Assembly (NCBI GenBank): GCA_951406725.2
Contig: OX597814.1
Span: 88,226,001-88,290,000 of the forward strand
Origin: Octopus vulgaris
Lineage: Eukaryota
Reading direction: 5' to 3'
Length of the DNA stretch: 64,000 bases
The notes beneath the pieces were generated by a model. It was not told the DNA's origin, did no database searches, and saw only the letters and a list, made by a program, of their open reading frames with translations. Positions 42,215 to 54,735 of this stretch are shown here, piece by piece; the first letter of the stretch is position 1, and every line of letters starts with the position of its first letter. The position numbers were made by a program, and so were the translations under genes.

Positions 42215-44275
42215 TGTGTGTGTCCAAATAACGTGTTTATTTTGCAGCCTATTTTCTCGTCATCATCTTGTTTTAAGGGTTTCTATTAAAATGTGTGCAA
42301 TGGTTGTTTTATTCACAATATTCTTATAATGTAAAATGACGTAATATGGATGACTTCTTTGGCGTCTTATCGATATTTTTCTAACTACGCAGGACATGAC
42401 AAATATCTCATAGCGTAAGATTTGTTTTTCTCCAATTGGTTGATCAAGATCTTCCTTATCGCTGGAAATAATGGAGACATTGATCCTGGACTTCTACTAT
42501 ACATCTCTCCTATTCTATTATTAATTTTCTCTCGTCGGCTACATGTAGGCACTGACAGTGTTGCCGTTAGGTTTCTTCATCTGAGTAGTCTGTGTCCAGT
42601 GAGTAATTTATTTTTTCCACCTATTTTTCAATTTTCCGTGGAAGTTTTCTTTTGTATCTTACCTTCTTTCTCTTCTTGCCCTTCATATTACTGTGTACCT
42701 TTGATCATTCATTTCTATTTTGAATCTCTTTGCAGAGTTTACTATCTTTGGAATATTTTTTCCTGTTTATATTTTACTTGCAGCAAACTTTCTTCGTTTT
42801 CTTTTAAGTATACTTCCAATCTAATTATTTTTGATTTGTATTTGAATTCCATCTGTCTCAGTTATTTGCTTCCGAATTGATTTTCATGTAAAGCTAGTGA
42901 ATATCTGCTTATAGTGAAGAAACTCCTAGCGTTGGTATTCAATATTAGGACCCCACTCATACACAAACACACAATGCTAAAGCTATAAAACAGTTGATAA
43001 ATTGCGATAAAATTTAGCTCCTAATTTGCTCTTTGCGTACAGGCCTTTGAATTCGCTTGTGTCATATTTCTGAGAATAACGCATTTTAATCCTCCACTCA
43101 AATGACCGTTTCGTTTTTGGCATAATTACGTGTTGTGGAGTGAAAACAGTTTTATTTAATGCCTGAATATGAAAGCTTTGCAAGTCAGAGGTATCTAAGC
43201 CAACTAATCAAATTATCAGAATTAATTTTATTAACTTTATAATTGTCGAATTTATAGCAACTAATTTTCTAAGAAAAACAATATACCATGAGTCACAGTT
43301 GTCCTAAATATTAATTACACTGGAAAAAAAAAGAAGAGAAAACAAAGCTAAAGTTATCTACATATTGAACATGATGGAAATAATTGCTCTTCGTGATTAA
43401 TTTGGTTTTATTTCAAACACTAGTCATTGTATATATTTCTTTTTCAATTCCGTCAAAAAAAAAACACATTAGATATAATTTTAATAATGACTCTCATTTG
43501 CATATTTTCGATTTGAAAAATATTTTATAAATCACAATATTTTTTTAAAGATTCATTGTAGATTTAAGAATATTAATTTTCGACATGCTTCTTATTAATG
43601 GGGCGGGGTGGGGGAGGAGGAATGAAAATTTATTATTAAGCAAAGTTATAAAAAATATTGCTGTTAAATGGACGGAAAAGTGGTAGAAGTGACAAACGTA
43701 AAATGAAATGCCTTGCAGTGGATTAGTTTAATCAATAAAATTACAGATGCACTGGATTTGAGTTCAAGTCTTGCCGATGTTGATTTTGCCTTTAATCCCT
43801 CTGGAGTCAATAAGAAAACCACCACTTAAATTATGATGTTAATCAATTCTAAATTTAAGGTCATATGTTTTTTCTATAAAGATCGCTTTGTATTTTGAAA
43901 TAAAATCTTACAGCAGCTGACTTCTCGGATCAATAAAATAAGTACAAGCAATGTACAGTTCCCTGCTTCTAGAGGTTGGTAGCATTTCTTAAAAAATAGA
44001 CGAAAATTTTTTTCTAGTATAAAAGAAAGCAGTCAAATAGCAGACTTTTAACGTTTAATTTCGTCTCCCTCCAGTAAGAGTTCAAATTTCGAAGGGCCTG
44101 TAATTATGCCCTTGGATATTATATAAGTACCGTGGTGAGGAAATTTAAATAACCAAGCCGTTTCCTTAGAAATTTTCAATGTTGTATGAATCTTAAAAAT
44201 TAATATTTTACTGTAAATTCAACAAATCCATTGCGTAATTCTTTATAAGGAACAACATTTTTTTTACTGTTGCTG

Positions 44276-44377
44276 TTCTTCTTCTTCTTCTTCTTCTTCT
44301 TCTTCTTCTTCTTCTTCTTCTTCTTCTTCTTCTTCTTCTTCTTCTTCTTCTTCTTCTTCTTCTTCTTCTTCTTCTTC
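44276..44377. repeat. (TTC)n microsatellite
   Basis: Direct reading. Confidence 0.95.
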
Positions 44378-44702
44378 CAATCAGGACTCACGCCATTAGC
44401 CACAAAGAATACTCTCTAATTCGAGCCTATTCTAAGCTACTAAGAATGCGTGTGGCAACTTGAAGATCCACCCACCACACGCGATAGACTGGCGGTTGCA
44501 CGGGCACGAAAGCTACGTTGTTATCCTCATTCTGTAAACGGTATCTTTAACGGGTGGAGAGCTGAACCATCTTGGGGTACAGAGGATTCGCAATCTAGAC
44601 TAGGGTCTGAAAGTTTACCACACCATAGTGGGTTACACCATGCTTTGTGGCAGAAACAGGAATAAAAAGTGAGAGAAAGTTATGGTGAAAGAGTACAGCG
44701 GG

Positions 44703-44847
44703 GTAACTAGCGATTCGGCAAAAAAGATCGATAGAATAAGTACTAGGCTTACAAAGAATAAGTCCTGGGGTGGATTTGTTCGACTAAAGGCGGTGCTCCA
44801 GCATGGCCGCAGTCAAATGACTGAAACAAATAAAAAATGAAAGAATA
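44703..44847 (+). mobile_element. SINE B 3' half
   Basis: gatagaataagtactaggcttacaaagaataagtcctgggg...gcagtcaaatgactgaaac. Confidence 0.85.
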
Positions 44848-45960
44848 TAACGATTCGTTTTCTCTAGCAAATTTGTTTTCTCTAACAAACTTGAAAAGAA
44901 AAATTAATAAACCACTGACATAGTTAATCCATTTTGTATTTTCTCAATGTTCTAATATTCTAAGTATATACCACTGGGCCGTAAAAATAAAAAGGTTTGT
45001 GAACTATGAACCTAATGAATCTGTCGAACTACACGGGTCTACGGATTAGCCCTTTAACTGTAAAATTAAAGTTCATGGTTATTCCGTTGGTATTTTCTGC
45101 GAATGACATTGCTTCATTGAACTTGATGTATCTCAAAAAAAAAAAAGTTTCAAATATGACATTCTTTAACAAATGATAGATTAATGTATAAAAATGCTTT
45201 CTGCAATTAAGGGTAATAAAATTTTGAGTGAATGTATCTGACTTCCGTAGTAAAAGGGCTAAGTACATCCGCCTCTGACGCTCTACGGTGTAAATAATAG
45301 GATACAAACCAGCAACATCTCGGATGATAATTTTTCACTCTTTTGTCTTTGCTACGCAGACTTTTTAGTATTATCGAGTTCGGATGATACAATCGATTCG
45401 TTTGTAATAGTGATGATAACATCAAACATGTATCGTGCATATAGGAGAACTGGGATATTTTCTGTTTGGTTGCAAGTGGCTGCCAGCATCAATTTTCTGC
45501 TCGAATTGATTTCATATTCAGTGTAATGATACACTTTTATAGGCTAATTAATGATGTGAAAGTAATTTTCGTCATAAATCAATAAATAAAGAGTTAGTAA
45601 TTAAAGTTTGAAAATTTTGGTAATTTTAGCCAATCATAACCCAGAGATATTCTTGGCTGTTTCGATAGTAAGATGCGGAACATGGGAACTTTTTTGTCTC
45701 TCAGCGTGCCTGTTGAACAAGCGAATCCGAGCAGTCTTTGAAAAGTCTTTTATCTGCAAGGAAGAACGTGTTGACAAATTTGACGCTGTGTTCTGTGTGA
45801 TTATGGCATCAAGCTCCAGTAACTTCGCTTCTATTATGAAAACATTGAAAACAGAACAGGATATTTTTAAACTTAAAACCGAAAATTAAATGCTTGTTTT
45901 TTAAGAATATCTAAATTGTAATTAAACATATTTAAATTGTTTGTTTAATGTTTGATTCAC

Positions 45961-46240
45961 GGGCATATGGCGTAGTGGTTAAAAGCGTAGGCTACTAAAC
46001 CCAAGATTCCGAGTTCGATTCCAGGCAGTGACCTGAATAATAATATTAATAATAATAACAACAACAACATCGAAAAATACCTTAGGGATGAGAACCCAGG
46101 TTCGAAATTTCCCCAAGACACCTGATAAAGGCTGGAGGGTATATCAGCCGAAATGTTGTGCTAACAATAAACAAGATGAGGGCAAATATCCGTCAATTGT
46201 AAATAATGTGCATAATTCCTCATCTCTTAAATATAGAACT
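45961..46240 (+). mobile_element. tRNA-headed SINE-like element (family D) with internal hammerhead-like motif
   Basis: A box TGGCGTAGTGG 45968-45978, B box GTTCGATTCC 46013-46022, (AAT/AAC)n linker, then the hammerhead-like motif; 3' boundary approximate. Confidence 0.75.
46117..46162 (+). ncRNA. Degenerate minimal type I hammerhead ribozyme motif
   Basis: GACAC-CTGATAA-A-GGCTG(gagggtatat)CAGCC-GAAA-TGTT-GTGCT; one core change (CTGATAA versus CTGATGA). Confidence 0.55.
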
Positions 46241-47836
46241 GTATTGATTCTTTTTATCATTGAGCATTGAGGTGGTTGTGAGGTGTGCTAAAAATAACAG
46301 CTAAATAAGATTTTTTTGGTAAATCTTTTAAATCAAAGTTTATTTGCCAGCTTCTCGCTCAGAGATTTAAAACTGTTTTTCTCTTAAATTAACATAAACA
46401 TTATTTACATGAAAGAAAATTACCGGAGAACTGTCATCTGATTCTTCTAAATCTTTCTGTTAAAAACTGTAATGTGTTTATCGCATTTGCATTAAACACT
46501 GGTAGTTGTGATGTGTGCTAAAAATGACTGCTAAATAAAATTTATTTACACGAAAGAAAATTACCAGAGACATAACGTGTTGTTTACAAATATTGACAAC
46601 ACGTGCTATTTTCAGGATATTAACGACAAAATGTGCAGTCAGGCACAAAATGACAGCTTCCAAATCCTGTTTCCTCACCAGGTAGAAATGATCAAACTTT
46701 AAACCTCTGTAACTTTTTAAAAACATTTCTTTGTAAAAAATTAAATAGCTCCAACAATTCAGTTTGGGCGAGTGTATTACTGTGCCGAATTTTAAAATTT
46801 TCGTTAAACTTTAATTTTTGGAGCCGCAGGCAACCAAAACAGAAGAGATCCGAGAACTGTTCAAATCGGAGCTAGGAATTAATGATGAGCTTTTTAACTT
46901 TGTTTCTTATCCCAAAATAAATGAGTTTCTAAGTAAAGCTACAGAGACCAGTCCTAGGGATTTCCGAAGCGCATTAAGAAAAAGAAATGAAAAAAAAACC
47001 CAAAAAAACTCATGCCGAAGAATATTTTCTCTTGATTAAGAACATCAATTTGAGAAGTTAATTATATATAAACTGCCATATATTGTTTATCTACGATTGT
47101 TCTACCCTAGTTAGGTTTTAAGTGTCATTGAACCAATCAGAACGACTTAACTGTTATCAGCCTGTCTCCTTGTGCTTCACTTGGCGTGCTAAAAGTCCTC
47201 TGGGTGTAATGTGAGAAGATATTAGAAAAGGAAAAAACAATGTAAAACATTCTGAATAGCGCAGCTCTGGTTTAGCCGTTCATATATCAACAACAACAAA
47301 ACCCACTTGAATCAATCATTCAGCTTACAGACTATATGAATTAAACCCAAGTGAGCATCTGTCATAAAATGCATCGCTACATACGCTTTCACATAAAAAA
47401 AAAAGACAAGCATACGTCATTCATACACATAAGTGAGCACAACTCTACACATATTTTTCCTTATTTCTCTTTTCAGAATTTTCACCCTTTTTTTGTTTTT
47501 TTGTTTTTTGTTATTGTTATGATGTTTGATGTAAAGGTGCTCCAACAAAAGAAAAATGAGAGAAAAGGAAAGAACGCGATTCTGAAGGAAAGAAAGAAAT
47601 GTTTCTGTGAATCTCATTTCAAAAGTGATCTTTTTTTTTCTTTCTTACTTGCTTATCTTCTAAAAATAGTTTTTCAACAGTTACTTGTATTCAAAAGAAA
47701 TTCTCCGAGGCAATTTAACAGACTTAACATTCGACATTATTTTGGAGAAGAAGCAGGACAACAGCACCAGATGCCTTCGCTCAGAGTTCCTTCCTCGCTA
47801 TATTAACATCATCACCTTCACATACACATCTTCGCA

Positions 47837-47837
<1 letters not shown>

Positions 47838-47903
<66 letters not shown>
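47838..47903. repeat. (CAT)n microsatellite
   Basis: Direct reading. Confidence 0.95.
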
Positions 47904-47904
<1 letters not shown>

Positions 47905-48049
47905 TTTAAACTATTATATATGCGGAGCAGTGAGGAAACATTTCTATTGTCTCGCCAGAATGATCAAAGCTTCCTTTAGTATGCCGAGTGAAATGTAATA
48001 TCCTCATTCAGGCGTTCTTATTGGGTTAGTCTTACTTGGAAAAGCTAAA

Positions 48050-48740
48050 CAGCAGGTTTTCAGTGAAGAAATCATCCCCTCATACAAGTGTTTCGGCCCT
48101 TAACTCCTTACAGTCTAGTAGTGTAGTGGCCGCATCCAGGTCAGAACTCTTAGATACCCTTCTACTGTCACATTCTGCACTATTGTCTGCATTGCAACCC
48201 TCCTGGGTGGTCAAAATGCGCCAGAATTAAGGTGCCTTTCGTAATGTAACCAGCTCAGTCTGAAGCGCTAGTTGAATGTACGGTAAATTATGCTTTGTGA
48301 AATTTCTTTCCATTTATCTTTGACCAGATCCACTTGGAAGTCTTCTAAGCTATTTCTGCCATTACCTTAAGAGCTCTGGTTCTTTTTCTCCGAGAAATTG
48401 AGAACCCTTTCATGATATCATAGGCAGATTTGTCCATAAACCCTCCCGCTCCCATCTCTGTGGCGAGGGCTTCAGTTTGGAAGTCAGATTATCTCAATCT
48501 GGTAGCCAAAGTGCCATTTTAAAACAGTCTTGTAGATATAAGCTCTATCTATTCTGTTCTTATGTGACACAGTGAGTTCAATCAAAATCACCTGTTTTGA
48601 AGAAAATGCGTAAAATACAACGTCCCTTTTCAGACTACTTTTATCGATAAGTTTCTTTCTCCATTGTGACTGTCCCAGAATTTGGCTGCTCGAATAGTTT
48701 CATAGCAAACCAGAAGGGGTCACTGAAAAAGTGATCCTAG
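48050..48740 (-). mobile_element. Decayed HERO/NeSL-like LINE 3' end (restriction-like endonuclease)
   Basis: Minus-strand remnants DVVFY...KQVILIELTV...EMGAGGFM...RTRALKVMAE...SKWIW. Confidence 0.65.
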
Positions 48741-48784
48741 GTCTTCTTTATACTCGCTGATTCAAATTTCTTGCTTTCTTTCTG

Positions 48785-48966
48785 TTTCTTCTTCTTCTTC
48801 TTCTTCTTCTTCTTCTTGTTCTTCTTGTTCTTCTTGTTCTTGTTGTTGTTGTTTTTCTTCTTCTTCTTCTTCTTCTTCTTCTTCTTCTTCTTCTTCTTCT
48901 TCTTCTTCTTCTTCTTCTTCTTCTTCTTCTTCTTCTTCTTCTTCTTCTTCTTCTTCTTCTTCTTCT
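48785..48966. repeat. (TTC)n/(TTG)n microsatellite
   Basis: Direct reading. Confidence 0.95.
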
Positions 48967-49422
48967 TTAATATCCTTTTTCTTCCTCCGGATGTTATCCC
49001 TATATTGTAAAGATACAAGACACTCCTCTTTTTCTATATGTTGTTTTCAATTAATCAGCAAATAGTGAATACAAAAGAAATTGATATAAGATTGACTCTT
49101 TCACGGTGTGGGTGTAAGTTTACATTAAAAGTTAGATACAAACAATCAGTTAATGTTGGTCAAACAATATTCCTCCTTGACAGCCTTCTGAATTGTGATG
49201 CAGGAGTTTCTAAAGTACCTGGTCATTGAACACACCTTTTTTGGTTGTCAACAAACAGTCTACTTAACATCTAAACACGAAGTACATTACACACCAACAC
49301 AGACACACGCATGCTTACTCACACTCTCACACTTGCACTTAGCCTCACATGAATAGAGTGTGTGGGTGTTTGTGTATATAACTTTTCTTTTAATTTTTTT
49401 AAATTTAATTATTTAATCGTTA

Positions 49423-49460
49423 CAGTTGAAAAGGTCTCAAAATGACCTAAACCGGTACTG
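49423..49460 (+). ncRNA. Highly degenerate minimal hammerhead relic
   Basis: CAG-TTGAAAA-GGTC(tcaaaat)GACC-TAAA-CCGG-TA-CTG; stems intact, three core substitutions. Confidence 0.35.
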
Positions 49461-49531
49461 AAATGTTCTTTATAAAATTATTTTAGCATTTTCTATCTTG
49501 ACTTGTTTTTTCATATATATATATATATATA

Positions 49532-49980
49532 TTAGTTCGTCGCCGTCAATGATGACCAACGACAGAGAAGTGCGGTACGGTCTGCCTGGCTGTGGCCAAT
49601 CAGTCCGATGCGTGCTCGGAAGGCTCTGCTGCAGATCTTGCACTAGTGGTCTGATGGGACTGAAGGCAAGGATTTGGATCTCTACTTGCGCAGTTCACGT
49701 TTTCATTGTACCTCTGTAATCCTGTTTTGTTCATAGGAGGTGGAATCTCTGTTGATGTATTTTCTCCAGGCAGGCAGGCAGGCCGCTTTTGTGCTTGTGT
49801 TTTACATGTGTCGGGGTTGATTGACTCAAAACTCTTCAGTGATGCGTTGAATGTATCCTTGAAACTCTTTCTCTGTCCACCTTGCGTGCACTTGCCTTCA
49901 GCCAGTTCGCTGAAAAACAGTCTCCTGGAGAGTCACGTGTTAGGCATTCAAACAAGCTGGCCTGCCCAACTGACTTGCAT
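49532..49980 (-). mobile_element. RTE (BovB-like) LINE 3' end
   Basis: SWAGQLV...RRLFFSELAEGKCTQGGQRKSFKD...CKICSRAFRARIGLIGHSQ and a short RTE-like 3' UTR. Confidence 0.8.
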
Positions 49981-50387
49981 CCATCCATACATACATACAT
50001 ACATACATACATACATGCATGCATGCATACATGCATGCATGCATACATACATACATACATACATACATACATACATACATACACGCACAGACACACACAC
50101 ACACACACACACATACATACATACATACATACATACATACATACATACATACATACATACATACATACATACATACATACATACATGTGCACACAACCAC
50201 AAACCCGCTATCTGAAAGACCGCGTATTAGGATGTCAAATTTTGTAAATGATGATAATTTAATTGCATGCGCTTTATTAATGTATGTCTGTGTGTATACA
50301 CACACACACACACCCAAGTAAACACACGCATGCACACACTCACACACATATGTACAAGTACACGTACACAAGCAGATGAAAAGTGAT

Positions 50388-50494
<107 letters not shown>

Positions 50495-50614
50495 TAGATT
50501 GACTGATTGATTGATTGACTGATTGATTGTCCGTTGATTGAGTAACTATCAGCAGCTAGATGTCTCAGTTGCTCTGTCTCTGTATCTGCCTACCTGCTTG
50601 CCTGCCTGCCTGCC

Positions 50615-50645
<31 letters not shown>

Positions 50646-51039
50646 GTCTGCCTGTCTGTCTGTCAGTCTCTCTTTCTCTTTCTCTTTCTCTCCCTTTCTT
50701 TCTTGTGCTTTTAATTCCATGTTCTCAATTACCGGTTGAACAGGTATGTTGTGTACATATATGTATATACTGAAGTATGTATGTATAATATGTACTTATA
50801 TATATATATATGTGCGTGTAAGGGTTTTTCGCTTGTGTCCGTCTATATGTGTGTGTATGTATGTATGTATGTATGTATGTATGTATGTATGTATGTATGT
50901 ATGTATGTATGTATGTATGTATGTATGTATGTATGTGTGTGTGTGCGTGGTGCGTGTGTGTGTGTGTATGACATGTCTCATTCAGACAAGGAACGGCATA
51001 TGTTGCTTTTGACAGGCTAACAAATCAGCTTTCGAATGA

Positions 51040-51420
51040 TCCAAACATCTTACTGTGTCCAAAGATTCAAACGTATAACTATGCTATTGCATGATGCAGA
51101 ATCACGGACCGTGTATTATAGGCAAATAAAACAATTGCATAATTTCTACCTTCGTTATCTTCGGAAAATTTGCAAGAACAAGTGCTGGGACATGATATCT
51201 AATAGAGAAATCCTGTATCGCTATAAAGATCATTGGTTTTGAGGCATGGCTAATAAGACGTCAACTTCGTTTATGTGGTCATGTGGCTCGGATGTAATAT
51301 AATTGCATTTGCAAAGTAATCAAAACTGGCTAGTGATTAACACTCTGTTGGAGCACAATTGAAGCTGTATAAAAACTCGTTGAAAATTTGTCATGAGAAA
51401 AACATTGATTTCCCGCACAT
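51040..51420 (+). mobile_element. Old RTE LINE fragment
   Basis: TMLLHDAESRTVYYRQIKQLHNFYLRYLRKICKNKCWDMISNREILYR followed by an RQLRLCGHVARM-like remnant. Confidence 0.7.
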
Positions 51421-51768
51421 TTATTGTGGCTAGAGAACTCACTGCATTAATGGGACTGGATTCCTTAAGGAGACTCGCACTCAAGCCCTTGTGGAAAAAA
51501 GAAGAATAAATGATGCACAAAACAACCCAAACAGATTAGATTGCGCTACAACTTTGTTTTTAAATTTATTTATTTATTTAAAAAAAATCAATTTTATATT
51601 ATGTTTCTGATTGTTTATTTATTTAGTTATTTACCATACTTTCTTGGCCACTGTTGCCTGCGATGAAAGGTCCGGAAGATGGAAGTTCATAATAAATCGG
51701 CGTAGACAGGTACACACTATGATGGAGTAGAAAGGAATTCGAGAAGTATTTACTATCTTCTTTGTGCA

Positions 51769-52082
51769 GGCGCGTGGCTTAGTGTTTAGGGTATTCGGCT
51801 CACAATCGCAGGCTAGTGAGATCAGTTCACGCCGGTGCGACGACGTGTCCCTGAGCAAGGCACTTTATTTCCTGTTGCTCTAGTCCACTCAGCTGGCAAA
51901 AATGAGTAGTACATGTATTTCAAAGGGTCAACCTTCTCACTGTTTCACGCTGAATCTCTCTAAGTACGTTAAGAGTACACTTGTCTGTGGAGTGCTCAGC
52001 CAGATACACGTTAATTTTATGAGCCGGCTGTTCCGTTGATCGGATCAACTGGAACACTCGTCGTCGTAAGCGACGGAGCACC
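51769..52082 (+). mobile_element. Full-length SINE family C
   Basis: ggcgcgtggcttagtgtttagggtattcgg...ctgagcaaggcacttt...gatcggatcaactggaacactcgtcgtcgtaagcgacggagcacc. Confidence 0.85.
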
Positions 52083-52476
52083 AGTGCCAATATCGTCTTT
52101 ACTCAGTTGGGTAAATAAAATCCATGTGATCACTGTTGAAAAACTTACAAGTGATGGATACCTAAACTTCTAGTTTGTCCGTCTACGCCGATTCTCAATG
52201 AACTTTCACCACTTGGATCTTCTTTGGTTTCCTGCTATACTTATATGCATTTATAAATCTGTTTTCTCTTCAGTTTTTTTTTTTATAAATATAAGTTGAT
52301 TTGAAGACTTGCTAATGTTCGTTCATATTTTGTTTTATTATACTTAATGTATGTATGTATGTATGTATGTATGTATGTATGTATGTATGTATGTATGTAT
52401 GTATGTATGTATGTATTAAAGTCATGAATTTGCTTTACATGGAATCAAAATAATATTACAGTAGTTTTTATTTTTT

Positions 52477-52898
52477 AAGGTGGTGACCTGGCATGCCAGG
52501 CAAAATGCCTGGCGGTATTTCGTCCGTCTTCATGTTCTGAGTTCAAATTCCACCGAGGTCGACTTTGCTTTTCATTCTTTCGGAGCGACAATAAGTACCA
52601 GTTGAGTACTGGGTTTGATGTAATCGATTTATCCTCTCTCCCGAAATTGCTGGCCTTGTGCCAAAATTGGAAATCAATATTGAAGTTGATTAAAGCGGCG
52701 AATTGGCAGAATCGTTAGCATGCCGGGCGAACTGCTTAGTGGCATTTCGCCCGTCTTTACATTCTAAGTTCAAATTCTGCCGAGGTCGATTTTGCCTTTC
52801 ATCTTTCATAAGTACCAGTTGAGTACTGGGATTGATGTAATCGACTCACCCCACTCCCCCAAAATTGCTGGCCTTCTACCAAAATTTGAAATCAATAT
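52477..52898 (+). mobile_element. Two adjacent SINE A monomers
   Basis: Heads at ~52477 and ~52693, both ending gaaatcaatatt. Confidence 0.85.
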
Positions 52899-53232
52899 TA
52901 CAGTAGGTTAGCAAAACACTTGTTTTAGAAAGGCACTCCACGAATAAACAAGGCGTCACATATATTGGGGAGCAGTTTAGTAGATTGAATAAACACATGT
53001 ACATTACTGTTATACATTCCATCATTTCAAGGGAGATAAAAAGACAACGTGAACTTGACAGGATTTGGAATCAGTATGGATGTTTTGGTTTATGTAGTTG
53101 CAAATGTAGAAGGATGTCGATAGTGGTACATTAGTGTGCGTGAATTCAAAATTAGAGTTGTGTTGAAGTTATGGTTTCCGTTCCTGTAGGTGGTCTCAAG
53201 CCGCAATATGGGATAATATGATCCGTAACAGA

Positions 53233-53820
53233 AAGGTGGCGAGCTGACAGAAACGTTAGCACACTGGGCAAAATGCTTAGCGGTATTTCGTCTGCCGCTA
53301 CGTTCTGAGTTCAAATTCCACCGAGGTCGACTTTGCCTTTCATCCTTTCGGGGTCGATAAATTAAGTACCAGTTACGCACTGGGGTCGATGTAATCGACT
53401 TAATCCGTTTGTCTGTCCTTGTTTGTCCCTTCTATGTTTAGCCCCTTGTGGGTAAAAAAAAAAAAAGGTATTTCGTCTGCCGCTACGTTCTGAGTTCAAA
53501 TTCCGCCGAGGTCGACTTTGCCTTTCATCCTTTCGGGGTCGATAAATTAATTACCAGTTACGCACTGGGGTCGATATAATCGACTTAATCCGTTTGTCTG
53601 TCCTTGTTTGTCCTCTCTGTGTTTAGCCCCTTGTGGGTAGTAAAGAAATAGGTATTTCGTCTGCCTTTGCGTTCTGAGTTCAAATTCTGCCTGGTCGACT
53701 TTTCCTTTCATCGTTTCGGGGTCGATAAATTAAGTACCAGTTATGTACTGGGGACCGATCTAATCGACTGGCGCCCTCCCCGCAAATTTCGGGCCTTGTG
53801 CCTAGAGTAGAAAAGAATAT
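53233..53820 (+). mobile_element. SINE family A trimer
   Basis: ggtatttcgtctgcc at 53282, 53467 and 53651; one head, one tail. Confidence 0.9.
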
Positions 53821-54481
53821 GATCCATAGAAGTATTTCTTACTGTTGAAAGTTGACCGACTAAGGAAACCGTTGAATATGGGGACAGGGGTATCATAAAT
53901 TTCCTAGAAGATCATTTGCCGTAAGATACATAGTGATACAGTGAACAATGATGCCACTAGCGTTCGGACCCCGGAGCATATGTACATGAGAATTTAGGCG
54001 AACAATTTGTAGGTTGTGGATTCATTAGTTGGGGGCAGCTCAACTCATTCTGGGTGAATGCCGACACGATGAAAAATGAATGGTACTTTACAAGTATATG
54101 TCTTAATTACTTCGTAGGGACAAAAGCTATGTCAAGCCCAGCACATTACCGTATAACCGTTTATATCATTTACAGCCGTTGCTTTTGAAAATACAGATTT
54201 CTAATATGGACACAATTCTTAATACTTTGATGGCATAGATATCGTCGTCAATTTTATCGATCTCAGTGTTTGACTGGTACTTTATTTTATCGATCTGGAA
54301 GAACGAAAAACAATGCTGGCTTCCGAGGGATTTGAACTCTAAATGAGTAGTAACTAAAATACCGCTAGATATTTTGTCTACCACTCTATCGATTCTATAA
54401 AATATTGAATCAACTAGCATTTGTTTTTGTATTTTTTTGTTGGTTTCCTGATTAATATTCTTGTCTTTTTTTTCTTCCTAG

Positions 54482-54735
54482 GTCGGATCGTCTACCGTGA
54501 CTGCAGTGAACGAGACATGGGCATACGCTGCATGAGCAAAGTAACACTTAATAACGAAACGGTTCGCGTGTGTGTAACAACTTGTTCGTTTGATGGCTGT
54601 AACAGAGAATCTGCAGAAGCCCCGGAATTCCCAGCAAGTGCACAAGCCACAAACCTTCAGCTGCTTTTGCTACTTTTGCCCTTCTTTGTAGCGGCTGCCA
54701 GTATGAGACATCTCTGGGAATGGGACACATTTTGA
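54482..54735 (+). CDS. Ly6/uPAR gene, last coding exon: (G)RIVYRDCSERDMGIRCMSKVTLNNETVRVCVTTCSFDGCN followed by a hydrophobic GPI/TM-like tail
   Basis: Long polypyrimidine tract and AG ending 54481; phase 1 matches exon 2; RxC...C...CxxxCxxDGCN signature; NET sequon; TGA at 54733-54735; spliced CDS 67+138+254=459 nt = 152 aa + stop. Confidence 0.92.

Noticed and set aside
42422-42880. 152-aa hydrophobic ORF
   Set aside because: TTG start in T-rich intronic DNA with no recognisable motif; likely chance or the antisense of a decayed element
45961-46032. Functional tRNA gene
   Set aside because: A and B boxes are present but acceptor, anticodon and T stems pair poorly and there is no oligo-T terminator; interpreted as a SINE head
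46257-46590. Imperfect local direct duplication (gtgtgctaaaa...gaaagaaaattacc)
   Set aside because: Short, diverged and without any interpretable structure
53233-53820. Regular repeat-spacer look of the SINE A multimers as a CRISPR array
   Set aside because: The spacers are identical, the units are ~184 bp, there are no cas genes and the context is eukaryotic
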